A stretch of 64,000 bases of DNA from a virus. The position numbers and the translations under genes are program-made. The notes below the pieces were generated by a model. That model searched no databases. It saw nothing but the letters and a program-made list of their open reading frames with translations, and was not told where the DNA came from. Below are positions 1 through 8,715 of the stretch, piece by piece; within the stretch, counting starts at the first letter, position 1, and each line of letters begins with the position of its first letter. The stretch is taken from positions 1 to 64,000 of IMG/VR virus record IMGVR_UViG_3300033146_001382; one strand, written 5' to 3'.

Positions 1-170
1 TGTGGGTGGCCACCACGAGGTTGGTGGTGACCATATAACTAGTAAGATTAATTTGAAAGTTAGAAGCCAACAAGGGTGAACACTGACTATATTCCTCTCT
101 AGGCGAGGGTCGCCCTCTGCATCAGGGACAGAGTGACCAAGTACACCATTAACAGGGTGTACGCCTGTTA

Positions 171-653
171 CTAATAGTCGCAAAATCCCTCCATGTTTGC
201 AACCATTTCATAATAAGTTGGGCTGAGTAACCCAACTGTTTCCAACCTGCGGTTGGAGAATATTGTTTTCTCCTGTACCACAGGATAATCTGCCATATAC
301 GTTCCATGGCAGTACCACTTCAATTTACCCAGCATCTCTGCCATGCTGGGTAAAACCCCTATGTAGATGTCTACATCATAATAGACCCGAAGGTCTTTCA
401 TGAATTGGACACCTTTTCTCATTGATGCCGGACACCAATGAGAAACCCAAAGCGAATTGGACTCTTGGTCCAACTCACCCGAAAGTACACTCCCATTATT
501 ATGAACGAGAGTGTACTGATTGAAAATATGTGCTTCCATATTTTCGTACGGAAGCACATATTTGCTATGGTTTTTAGCCATAGCTGAGGAATACCAATGG
601 TATTCCTCTTTTGTAATTGAGTACTGAGTGTACTCTGTTATGGGATAATACAT
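171..653 (-). CDS. Hypothetical protein (160 aa), possibly degenerate GNAT-like fold
   Basis: ORF with GGGGA RBS; preceded by repeat R2; fold guess is weak. Confidence 0.55.
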   Translation of the reverse strand: MYYPITEYTQYSITKEEYHWYSSAMAKNHSKYVLPYENMEAHIFNQYTLVHNNGSVLSGELDQESNSLWVSHWCPASMRKGVQFMKDLRVYYDVDIYIGVLPSMAEMLGKLKWYCHGTYMADYPVVQEKTIFSNRRLETVGLLSPTYYEMVANMEGFCDY

Positions 654-674
654 AATATCCCCTTGTTAAGAGTT

Positions 675-701
675 GCTACCAAGAACCCTGGTAGTTAGGT
701 A
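675..701 (-). repeat. Leader hairpin repeat R2, copy 1
   Basis: gctaccaagaaccctggtagtt(a/g)ggta recurs at 1166-1192; ctacca/tggtag stem. Confidence 0.85.
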
Positions 702-707
702 TCTCTA

Positions 708-926
708 TTAATTTGTATGTAGCTTAATATGACACTCCCTACATACAATTAATAAGTTTTCTCTAGTCGTTTCCCCGCCTTGTGAGACGGGGATTTTATG
801 ATGTGGGTCTGCTGTCCTCATGTCTAAACTAGACCCACACTCTTTACAAGTGTAATTGGCCTGTTTCAAAGCCTTTTTCTTCATAGACTTTGGAAACCTA
901 TTACACTTGGCTCTATTTTTGGCCAT
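708..926 (-). CDS. Small HNH endonuclease
   Basis: CxxC...DPHHKIPVSQGG...N...CRECH motif; RBS aggggag. Confidence 0.85.
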   Translation of the reverse strand: MAKNRAKCNRFPKSMKKKALKQANYTCKECGSSLDMRTADPHHKIPVSQGGETTRENLLIVCRECHIKLHTN

Positions 927-1165
927 AAATCTCTCCCTATAAGAGGTAATTGCCTACCCATCACTTATTTCTCATGCGGGCTTTGGACCGCCAATGGCTA
1001 GTTTAGTAGAGGGGCCACCGAAGGGGCTCCCTAAGTTAAAAATCTATCTCATCCAAAAACGGTTCAGCTGTCTTTGGATACTCATACGTGCCAAAGCAAA
1101 TGGCAGGTATTGGGTTGCCGCATTCTAAACAAATGTTAGAAATAAGACATCTCCAATAGAAGATA

Positions 1166-1192
1166 GCTACCAAGAACCCTGGTAGTTGGGTA
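1166..1192 (-). repeat. Leader hairpin repeat R2, copy 2
   Basis: 26/27 identity to 675-701. Confidence 0.85.
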
Positions 1193-1196
1193 CTAC

Positions 1197-1234
1197 ACCA
1201 CATCAACCCTCAAACCTAGGTTTGAAGGCTCATG
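1197..1234 (-). repeat. Hairpin element R3, copy 1
   Basis: accacatcaaccctcaa...ggctcatg flanks shared with 2130-2167; 9-bp stem kept. Confidence 0.75.
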
Positions 1235-1270
1235 TGATGGCAGGTGTTCGAAGGCACACCTGCCGTAAGC

Positions 1271-1435
1271 CTATAGTCCAGGAATCCATGCCTGAACTAA
1301 TACCTTAGGAAACTCCCAAAACATAGTCCTGATGAATTCCCTGTGATGTGGAGACAGCAGGCAACATATAACCTGTATCTCCACAACAAGAGTGATCCCT
1401 AATATGATTAGGGAATTTCTAATCCATTTTTTCAT
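1271..1435 (-). CDS. Small hydrophobic protein, 54 aa (MKKWIRNSLIILGITLVVEIQ...), absent from ORF track
   Basis: Manual translation; starts at the AGGAG-N6-ATG end of repeat R1. Confidence 0.6.
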   Translation of the reverse strand: MKKWIRNSLIILGITLVVEIQVICCLLSPHHREFIRTMFWEFPKVLVQAWIPGL

Positions 1436-1490
1436 AATGATCTCCTATGTATCATTATAAGGTTATGGCACAGTACCACGCCCTGTGCCT
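1432..1490 (-). repeat. 59-bp gene-leader repeat R1, copy 1 (hairpin + AACCTTATAAT + RBS + ATG)
   Basis: Exact match to 2062-2120. Confidence 0.95.
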
Positions 1491-1504
1491 TGGCGATTAC
1501 TTGC

Positions 1505-2065
1505 TTAATACTTTATGTGGGCTACGCCTTCCATAGAATCGTATCCCTTGTCAGTCAGGACCTTTTTCTGAAGACGATTAGCTTCATCCTCAGAGAGGCC
1601 ACCAGCACGGCACTGCTCGATAAGCTTCTTATAAGCAGCCTCACCACGCTTCCATACACTACTATCATCAGTGAAGTGATAGAACCAATCAAACTTGTCC
1701 ATAACAGCAATGATAGCTTCTAGTACAGCCTCGTCATTGTCGTCTCCCTGCTTAACCACTTGGACGGCAGCGAAGTAATGATTACTACCATCAGCATGAG
1801 GGTAACCAACTCCAAACTTATGGTTGTACTTGAGGCCAGAGGCTCTGAGTATAGCCTTGGTATTCTCATGTGCAGTCTGGCCGAAGTCCGATATGTATTT
1901 AGCCATTAGCCTAGCCATTTCCCTTAGGTTACCTGCTACTGCCAGTTTCTGCATCTTGTACTGAAGTACACACTGTTCGAGTGTTGCACCAGTAGGTAAG
2001 CCAGAGATGATTGCGGTGATAGCCAGGTTTGATGTAAATACTGCTACGATGTCTTTGAATGTCAT
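1505..2065 (-). CDS. Hypothetical protein (186 aa)
   Basis: ORF starting at the R1 RBS/ATG. Confidence 0.8.
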   Translation of the reverse strand: MTFKDIVAVFTSNLAITAIISGLPTGATLEQCVLQYKMQKLAVAGNLREMARLMAKYISDFGQTAHENTKAILRASGLKYNHKFGVGYPHADGSNHYFAAVQVVKQGDDNDEAVLEAIIAVMDKFDWFYHFTDDSSVWKRGEAAYKKLIEQCRAGGLSEDEANRLQKKVLTDKGYDSMEGVAHIKY

Positions 2066-2120
2066 AATGATCTCCTATGTATCATTATAAGGTTATGGCA
2101 CAGTACCACGCCCTGTGCCT
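2062..2120 (-). repeat. 59-bp gene-leader repeat R1, copy 2
   Basis: Exact match to 1432-1490. Confidence 0.95.
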
Positions 2121-2129
2121 AGGCTTAAT

Positions 2130-2167
2130 ACCACATCAACCCTCAATCGTGAGATTAAGGGCTCATG
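2130..2167 (-). repeat. Hairpin element R3, copy 2
   Basis: Conserved flanks, compensatory stem changes versus copy 1. Confidence 0.75.
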
Positions 2168-2268
2168 AAGTAGCACAATACAAAGCCTTGTGCTAGGGCA
2201 TTCAATTCTGTTAGCTCTTTTACGAGCATTCTGGCGGAATAGCTTGATTTGAACAAGTATGTTCCCAT
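2155..2268 (-). CDS. Putative 37-aa protein (MGTYLFKSSYSARMLVKELTEL...)
   Basis: AAGGAG RBS upstream; manual translation. Confidence 0.4.
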   Translation of the reverse strand: MGTYLFKSSYSARMLVKELTELNALAQGFVLCYFMSP

Positions 2269-2570
2269 AGCTTCTCCTTAATTAACCCAGCCCCGGGAGG
2301 GGGGAGGGGGATAAAAAATAAAAAATCATAACTAACCCAATGTCAGTATGATTCAGTTTAAAGATAAGTACATCTAGATGTATAGATTAAACACCCATGA
2401 AAAGAGGGGGCCCTATAACTAAATGAGTATGTGCGAATGGCACCTTATCATATATGGGTGCCTTCTCTGATAAATTTGGCTCTAATTAGGGTTCCGACCA
2501 TGATCATTTCATCGCGTGGTCCATGTCTCTTTATTTTTCAGCTAGTATTATATGTAGTGACCATTATAGT

Positions 2571-2715
2571 AGTATTATCTTATCTAGTACTACCTAAACT
2601 AGTATTATCTAGTACTACCTAAACTAGTACTACCTAAACTAGTATTATCTAGTATTATCTTATCTAGTATTATCTAGTATTATCTTATCTAGTATTATCT
2701 TATCTAGTACTACCT
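2571..2715. repeat. 145-bp array of 5/10-nt modules (AGTATTATCT, AGTACTACCT, TATCT, AAACT)
   Basis: Parses fully into four module types, ends 1 nt before TTGACA. Confidence 0.9.
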
Positions 2716-2716
2716 A

Positions 2717-2744
2717 TTGACAAATAATAAATAGTGTATATAAT
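2717..2744 (+). promoter_or_regulatory. Sigma70-type promoter TTGACA-N16-TATAAT
   Basis: Perfect hexamers upstream of the first plus-strand gene run. Confidence 0.75.
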
Positions 2745-2834
2745 ATATGTAAGAAAAAAGTAGAGGAGAGTGTGGTGGTTGTTATATAGTAGTGTTTATG
2801 TGGCGAAAAATAAACGAGTGTTATAAGGAAAATC

Positions 2835-3062
2835 ATGAAAGCTAAATTAACATTTAATTTACCAGAAGATAAAAGCAATTATCTAGTAACAGTAAATGCA
2901 ATGGAATTCGCTTTAACATGTTGGGATATGGACCAATTTCTGAGAAGTAAATTAAAGTATGGGCATACATATAAAAACATAGATGAAGCGTTAGAAGATT
3001 GTAGAGAAAAACTTGCTGAAGTGATGATTAATTATAATATTACTTTAAATATGATTGAATAA
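2835..3062 (+). CDS. Phage hypothetical protein
   Basis: ORF with AAGGA RBS. Confidence 0.7.
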   Translation: MKAKLTFNLPEDKSNYLVTVNAMEFALTCWDMDQFLRSKLKYGHTYKNIDEALEDCREKLAEVMINYNITLNMIE

Positions 3063-3089
3063 GGTAAAAGACATCTTCGGAGGTATATA

Positions 3090-3914
3090 ATGTGGAAAAT
3101 ATGTACTAAGTGTAAAAAACATAAAGCGTTGTGGGCATTTCATAAAGACTCTAGGCTGCTATTCAATAGTAGATCACAGTGTAAACAGTGTATTTCAGAA
3201 AAAAATAAAGGGCAGTGGCAAGACCCTAAGTACAGGGCCCAACAAACACAGTATCGAAAAAATAATAAAGAACATTACAGGGAGTGGATGAGTAATAATT
3301 ATAAAAGTAATAGAAAGTATTATAGAAAACGAAATAAACTAAATTATGAAAATAATAGAGAGTATTACCTAACTAGTAGTAAAAAACTAAGAACTGGAAA
3401 AGCTCTAGCAGATTCATACTATGTAAATAAACTTACTATAGAAGAATCTCCAAGACCTGCGAAAGACAAACTCCATATAGAAGTAAAATGTAGGTATTGT
3501 GGTAAATATTTTATTCCTACTTATCAACAACTAGCATCAAGGGTTAGAGCTTTAAATAGTATTGAATACGGTAGTGGTGAACATAATATATATTGTAGTA
3601 CATTATGTAAACACACATGCCCTTTGTTTAATTGGCATGAACACTATGGCAGTAGAACACCTACTATAGAAGTACCTAAAGATCTAAGGCAGATAGTATT
3701 TAAACGAGATAAATATATATGCAGAAAATGTGGTAAAAGACACGTGTCCTTACATTGTCATCATATAATACCTAAAGTATATGAACCACTACTAGCGGCA
3801 GACCCAGATAATTGTATTACACTATGTAAAGAGTGCCATAAAAAAGTACATCAGCAACCAGGATGTACTAGTGGTGATCTAAGAAAATTTAGCGTTAATA
3901 ATTGTGAGGCATAA
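3090..3914 (+). CDS. Free-standing HNH homing endonuclease with N-terminal Zn-finger
   Basis: N-terminal CTKC...CKQC; C-terminal CRKCG...LHCHHI...N...CKECH. Confidence 0.85.
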   Translation: MWKICTKCKKHKALWAFHKDSRLLFNSRSQCKQCISEKNKGQWQDPKYRAQQTQYRKNNKEHYREWMSNNYKSNRKYYRKRNKLNYENNREYYLTSSKKLRTGKALADSYYVNKLTIEESPRPAKDKLHIEVKCRYCGKYFIPTYQQLASRVRALNSIEYGSGEHNIYCSTLCKHTCPLFNWHEHYGSRTPTIEVPKDLRQIVFKRDKYICRKCGKRHVSLHCHHIIPKVYEPLLAADPDNCITLCKECHKKVHQQPGCTSGDLRKFSVNNCEA

Positions 3915-3916
3915 AA

Positions 3917-4195
3917 ATGAGTTATTCAAGATGGTCAACTAGTTATTGGTACACATATTGGAAAATACAGGATAAAAATACCGAGAATTATGATACAGCT
4001 ATATTTTGTATATGTAGTTTTGATGGTGATCTACTATTTACAGCAAAAGAACTTAGAAAAAATATAAGTGGTTGTATTAATACAATTTTAATGCAGGATA
4101 AACTTGCTAGTCATAAAGAAATCCAAGAATTAATTACTTATATAAATGAGTTTTTAAAAGATGTAGATAAAGAATACTTAACTAACCTATTATAA
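3917..4195 (+). CDS. Phage hypothetical protein
   Basis: ORF packed against neighbours. Confidence 0.65.
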   Translation: MSYSRWSTSYWYTYWKIQDKNTENYDTAIFCICSFDGDLLFTAKELRKNISGCINTILMQDKLASHKEIQELITYINEFLKDVDKEYLTNLL

Positions 4196-4230
4196 TGATA
4201 GTAGTAAAATACTAAAAAAGGAGAAATAAA

Positions 4231-4533
4231 ATGAAAAAGAAACTAATAACACTATTACTAGGATTATCTATACTAGTAGCTTCAACAGCTTTTGCAGTAA
4301 CAACTATGAAAGTTATGTTTATGTCTATTAGTCCATTTGGTGGAGCTTACGCAGCAAATTCAGTAGAAATGCCTACAATGGATAGACCTACCTTACAAGG
4401 AGCCTTAGGTTTTCCAACTAGATCTTATGGCTACTGTGATGTATGGACAGGGTTTGATCAAATATATGTAGCATATTACGATGTATATGGTAATACTACT
4501 ACAGCATTAATACTACCAGTAACATCATGGTAA
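4231..4533 (+). CDS. Exported protein
   Basis: Signal peptide MKKKLITLLLGLSILVASTAFA; AAGGAG RBS. Confidence 0.7.
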   Translation: MKKKLITLLLGLSILVASTAFAVTTMKVMFMSISPFGGAYAANSVEMPTMDRPTLQGALGFPTRSYGYCDVWTGFDQIYVAYYDVYGNTTTALILPVTSW

Positions 4534-4859
4534 TAATACCAAATTATGTGTCAGGGCATTTATTTGTAGGATTATTTTTCTTTATAATAATTTATGGTAT
4601 AGGTATAGTGTGGATTATATCAGAACGAACTACTAGTTATCATTGTAGTGATGATTATTCTAGCGTAAGTTCTAGACATAGAGCAACTACAACTAAGGAT
4701 ATGTGGATAGCAGTATTGTGGCCATTAACTGCCTTAATAGTAGTACCTTTAAGAATACTAGGACTTATAAATATATTAATGCACTATGTATTATTACTAC
4801 TAGGTATAAATTATAAAGATACCTATTTAAGTAAAAAAATAAATAAATTATGTAATTAA
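4527..4859 (+). CDS. Membrane protein, 2 TM segments
   Basis: Two hydrophobic stretches. Confidence 0.6.
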   Translation: MVIIPNYVSGHLFVGLFFFIIIYGIGIVWIISERTTSYHCSDDYSSVSSRHRATTTKDMWIAVLWPLTALIVVPLRILGLINILMHYVLLLLGINYKDTYLSKKINKLCN

Positions 4860-4900
4860 TAGCCTTACTGCGTAAGTGTGTTTTAAATTCTTATATCTAA

Positions 4901-4954
4901 ATTAGGTAGTACTAGTGTTAATTACTTATTAAATTGATACTAGTACTACCTAAT
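4901..4954. repeat. Perfect 16-bp inverted repeat (ATTAGGTAGTACTAGT / ACTAGTACTACCTAAT)
   Basis: Arms 4901-4916 and 4939-4954. Confidence 0.85.
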
Positions 4955-5136
4955 ATCTCTGTTTATATCTTTTATTGTAACATTTTTTACCTTATAATTC
5001 TAACCATATCATGGTCATATATGGATGTCTACATTTTGACGTTTAAATACCGTCCTCATCCTCTTCGCCCGCAGATTTTTTAACTAACCTTTATATAAAT
5101 GAAGTGGTGTTTCTAATAAATTCTAGGGGAAATATT

Positions 5137-5433
5137 ATGGCAGAATATATAGAAGATTTATGTGAAGGAGCCAACACTTGCTCTGAATTAAGTTTGAATG
5201 ATTACACTGATTGGTACTTACCATCTAGAAATGAATTACGTATGGTGTATAATAATAAAGCAGCATTAGAGTCTGCAGGTACAGGTAGTTTTAATAACTA
5301 TTTTTATTGGAGTTCATCAGAAGCTAATACTAGCCAGGCTTACTGGGTACAATTACATACTGGAGATGAGGATTTGACTAACAGTAAAACCTCTTCTGCA
5401 TATATAAAGGCTATAAGACGCTTTAAAATATAA
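5137..5433 (+). CDS. DUF1566/Lcl (C-type lectin-like) domain protein, short
   Basis: DWYLPSRNEL...YWSSSE...AIRRF motifs; likely ATG at 5137 (track starts at GTG 5104). Confidence 0.8.
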   Translation: MAEYIEDLCEGANTCSELSLNDYTDWYLPSRNELRMVYNNKAALESAGTGSFNNYFYWSSSEANTSQAYWVQLHTGDEDLTNSKTSSAYIKAIRRFKI

Positions 5434-5481
5434 TTTTTTAACATATTCAATACTTATTATAAAATAAAGGAGATATAATTT

Positions 5482-5886
5482 ATGAACTATTTTAGTCCTA
5501 ATGATAATCCTGTAAATGACTCAGTGAGTGACACAGTAGATGGTGATTTTAATGGTAATCGTGAGTATACTACAGGCAAACAACATAAAAAAAGTGATTA
5601 TAAAAAACCAGTAGGTGGTTCTTCCAATATAGAAGAAAACCCTGTAGAAGAAGTATCAAGAGATATAGATGAAATGACTGACCCAACTATTAGAAAACGT
5701 GAGTTTTCTAGGAGAGAAGAAACCCAGGATCATGCAGATCATAATAAAGATAGGTTTCCAGAGTCTGATACTGATAATAGACCTAAAGAGGATACTTCTC
5801 CTATAAAAATACCTGACGATAAAGTTCACGGTGACAAATTGAAGTACCATTTTGGTGAAGGCCAGTATGAGAGTGAAATGAGTTAA
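5482..5886 (+). CDS. Acidic, likely disordered protein
   Basis: D/E/K-rich; AAGGAG RBS. Confidence 0.65.
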   Translation: MNYFSPNDNPVNDSVSDTVDGDFNGNREYTTGKQHKKSDYKKPVGGSSNIEENPVEEVSRDIDEMTDPTIRKREFSRREETQDHADHNKDRFPESDTDNRPKEDTSPIKIPDDKVHGDKLKYHFGEGQYESEMS

Positions 5887-5917
5887 AATAAATTATAAAG
5901 GGGATTTAAATAATACT

Positions 5918-6598
5918 ATGAGAGATGATAACCTATCAGAATTATTCAATATTTCTAGTCAGGGTTGGCTTAGAGGTAAAGCTTCTGAGGGATTTGTTAG
6001 GCCTACTTTAAAGCAGTTTTTTAGCCCAGCCTCCAGTAGTTTTGAGGAAATTTTAGCTGGGATACCAGCTACTATGCCGTTAACTGAAACAGCTGGTGGT
6101 ACCATGGCTATAAGTGCAAATGGGTTAACTATAACTAAAATAGGGGCTACTGGAGCTTTTACATATTGTTTTCAGGATTCGGCCATTACTAGAGGAAAAC
6201 ACTATTTTGAGGCAACATTTAGTAACCATTTAGGAGATGTAATTGTAGTAGATGACTTTGAAAGTACACGTACTACTAATGGTTCTACAGCTGGAGCGTA
6301 TAGGGCAGATTCTTGGGGAGTTTATAATAGTGGTGGTGGATTATATGAAAGAACTACTAGTGTAGGCTTTATTGGCAGTTTTATAAACGAAACTATAGGA
6401 GTAGGGTTAGATATGGATAATAAACAATTAAATTATTATAAAACTACTGGACTAGTAGGTACAATTTCTAATTTACCTGAGGCAGTGTATGTTGCTTTTG
6501 ATTTACATGCTAGTGGTTCTAGTATTGTTATAAATTTTGGCCAGAATGCATTTAATTTTACAGTACCTAATGGGTATAATTCTGGGTTACTTGTATAA
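5918..6598 (+). CDS. SPRY/B30.2-domain protein
   Basis: GKHYFEA, TIGVGLDMDNKQLNYYK, INFGQNAFNFTVPNGY motifs. Confidence 0.8.
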   Translation: MRDDNLSELFNISSQGWLRGKASEGFVRPTLKQFFSPASSSFEEILAGIPATMPLTETAGGTMAISANGLTITKIGATGAFTYCFQDSAITRGKHYFEATFSNHLGDVIVVDDFESTRTTNGSTAGAYRADSWGVYNSGGGLYERTTSVGFIGSFINETIGVGLDMDNKQLNYYKTTGLVGTISNLPEAVYVAFDLHASGSSIVINFGQNAFNFTVPNGYNSGLLV

Positions 6599-6602
6599 AA
6601 AC

Positions 6603-6630
6603 TTGACAAATAATACTTATGTATTATAAT
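6603..6630 (+). promoter_or_regulatory. Sigma70-type promoter TTGACA-N16-TATAAT
   Basis: Perfect hexamers. Confidence 0.75.
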
Positions 6631-6676
6631 TAATATAAGAAATATATTTACTTTTAAACAAAAAAAGGAATTACAC

Positions 6677-6931
6677 ATGACTAAAGAATTAGAAACTGAA
6701 CGTGCTGAGTATAACATGAAGTTGAATGATACATTAAGTTTTTCTACTGGATTAACTAAAATGATAATCATGCGTGTACCTGGTGGATGGATTTATACTA
6801 CTATACTAGAACCTGGAGCAAAGGATCATAAACCTATACCAATTGCTAGTAGTGTATTTGTGCCTATACATAAACCTAAAGCATCAGAATATGTGCCTAA
6901 TGATTTTAAAGTTGGTGAGGTAACTGAATGA
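6677..6931 (+). CDS. Phage hypothetical protein
   Basis: ORF with AAGGA RBS. Confidence 0.65.
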   Translation: MTKELETERAEYNMKLNDTLSFSTGLTKMIIMRVPGGWIYTTILEPGAKDHKPIPIASSVFVPIHKPKASEYVPNDFKVGEVTE

Positions 6932-6994
6932 AAAAAGATAGTTTTCCAAATTTAGGGGATGACGTATTAAATTTAGCTTATTTCGAGGTACTTA

Positions 6995-7186
6995 ATGACT
7001 GAAATAATTAGACGTATAAAACAAGAATTGATGCGGAGAGAAGCAGGTTCTACTATTAGTTTAGAATTAAAGAATAATTCAGAAGCCGGAGTGAGTATAT
7101 TATGTGATTGTCTTTTAGCAAATGAGAATATAAAGGCTACATATATAAAACTAGATGGATCTATAAAGATATTTTGTCGTCTTTAA
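6995..7186 (+). CDS. Hypothetical protein
   Basis: ORF track; GAGG RBS. Confidence 0.5.
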   Translation: MTEIIRRIKQELMRREAGSTISLELKNNSEAGVSILCDCLLANENIKATYIKLDGSIKIFCRL

Positions 7187-7207
7187 TGATAAATAGGAGT
7201 TATAACT

Positions 7208-7399
7208 ATGAAATATGAAGTGCTAATAAACAAAGATGGCGACATAAGATGTGCTAGATGTAATAAAATAAGTGCTAGTTATATAAAAATAAATAATAAA
7301 GATGAATTAATAGATTATCTACGGCCAATAATCATATGTTCATCATGTTTAAGTGATTTTATAGATGAACTAGCCATTTCAGTGAGTAAAGATGATTAA
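7208..7399 (+). CDS. Small Zn-binding protein
   Basis: CxxC...CxxC; AGGAG RBS. Confidence 0.6.
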   Translation: MKYEVLINKDGDIRCARCNKISASYIKINNKDELIDYLRPIIICSSCLSDFIDELAISVSKDD

Positions 7400-7685
7400 G
7401 ATTATATTTTCATTACTACTTATACTTAATATTAATACACTAAGTATGGCTAATGAAGTATACACCTCTTCAATTATAACTAAAGAGATGTCTGAGAAGC
7501 TTAAAACATTTACTACTGAAGAGCTTAAACAGGAAATGATAGAGTTACGAGAACATATACATATTAAAAGTGAAGCTTGGTGTAAATATAGAAAAGAAAA
7601 AGATTATCGTGATTTAAGACGCTTCCAAAAAATACATAGCCGTATAAGAATGGAAGTATTGATGCGTAGAAGTAATACTCTATAA
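7392..7685 (+). CDS. Exported hypothetical protein
   Basis: N-terminal signal-like segment. Confidence 0.55.
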   Translation: MIKIIFSLLLILNINTLSMANEVYTSSIITKEMSEKLKTFTTEELKQEMIELREHIHIKSEAWCKYRKEKDYRDLRRFQKIHSRIRMEVLMRRSNTL

Positions 7686-7713
7686 CACTTTAAAATATAT
7701 ATATATAATAAAC

Positions 7714-7763
7714 AAACCTCCTTATAATTAGATTGAACTATCTAAGTTATATGGGGGTTTTTT
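7714..7763 (+). terminator. Intrinsic terminator
   Basis: aaacctcc...gggggttt long stem plus T-tract. Confidence 0.65.
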
Positions 7764-7791
7764 ATTAAATAATTGTATTATTGGAGGTAAC

Positions 7792-8646
7792 ATGACGTTA
7801 CAAGAATTTTTTTGGAGCTTTGGTTATTATGGTAATGACCCAACTACACCATTTTCAAGGGACTGGGTAGATTGTATAGGTATATCTGGACTTGCAAAGG
7901 TACAAAGAAGGATAAAACAACTATCTAAAGCTACTCAACTATATAAAGATATAATGATTAAATTTGGCTCTAACTCTCATGAATTAAGTGTTATTGCAGA
8001 TTGTACAAAACAATACACTATGGGTAGACATAATATTTCACCAGACACACTTATAATATTACTTAAAGCTATGGGCTTTAATACTTGGGAACAATTGGCA
8101 CATTGGATTACCGATGCTGACTATACATTATTTACTTTAAAAGGTGCATTTAATTGTATACGGCCTCCTTGTCCTAATCTCGGTGAGTTGGAGAAATTCT
8201 CTTTACACGATGTAAGAAGACGTATTAGAGATGCATGTCCTGGCATACATCCATTTAAACTCTATAATATGGATAATAAGTATAGATATGTACCTGAAAA
8301 TAAAATTCAGGAGATAATAAATGCCTGCCCTATTCATAGATTAGTTGGGCAACAAGAACGTTTAGATTGTGATGATTTTACAAGAGCTATGATGGGGTGG
8401 CTCTCGGAGAATGGGCAAGGTAATATAACTATTGGAAGAATGGTAGTTACACTTAGTAATTCACCAAATCCTACTATAGGTACTGGTGCCCAGCATGCTC
8501 TTTGTTTTGCTATAACTGTGGATCGTAAGATGTTCGTAATAGAACCACAAAAAACAGGTGAACACGCATGGTATAGATACACACCAGATAATAAATGTGC
8601 ATTTCAAGGATGGAAATACTTAACCCCAACATCTATGGAGATTTAG
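7792..8646 (+). CDS. Protein with C-terminal transglutaminase/papain-like Cys protease domain (MOA lectin C-terminal-like)
   Basis: DCDDF...HAL...IEPQ motif order. Confidence 0.65.
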   Translation: MTLQEFFWSFGYYGNDPTTPFSRDWVDCIGISGLAKVQRRIKQLSKATQLYKDIMIKFGSNSHELSVIADCTKQYTMGRHNISPDTLIILLKAMGFNTWEQLAHWITDADYTLFTLKGAFNCIRPPCPNLGELEKFSLHDVRRRIRDACPGIHPFKLYNMDNKYRYVPENKIQEIINACPIHRLVGQQERLDCDDFTRAMMGWLSENGQGNITIGRMVVTLSNSPNPTIGTGAQHALCFAITVDRKMFVIEPQKTGEHAWYRYTPDNKCAFQGWKYLTPTSMEI

Positions 8647-8715
8647 GACTTAAAATTAAAAGGAGCTAATTATATTCTAGAATTACAGTAAGTTATCAAA
8701 AAGGAAAATATTAAT

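Noticed and set aside
1193-1273. TAG readthrough / recoded genetic code: frame stays open 25 codons after the TAG of the 54-aa ORF
   Set aside because: Full-length conserved genes such as clpP end in TAG and long genes have no internal TAG; standard code fits
1467-1490. c-di-GMP-I riboswitch (GCACAGGGC in R1)
   Set aside because: Only a short word matches; it forms a simple 7-bp hairpin without the remaining aptamer
2291-2310. G-quadruplex
   Set aside because: Only three separated G-runs; kept only as a junction marker
2571-2715. CRISPR array
   Set aside because: No unique spacers, units only 5-10 nt, no cas genes
3090-3914. Group I intron around the HNH gene
   Set aside because: Flanking genes are complete and spacers are too short to hold an intron core
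5021-5075. GC-rich intergenic patch as small RNA or gene
   Set aside because: No convincing ORF or extended structure on either strand
5137-5433. DGR target (DUF1566 is a common one)
   Set aside because: No reverse transcriptase or template repeat found in the window; cannot exclude one elsewhere
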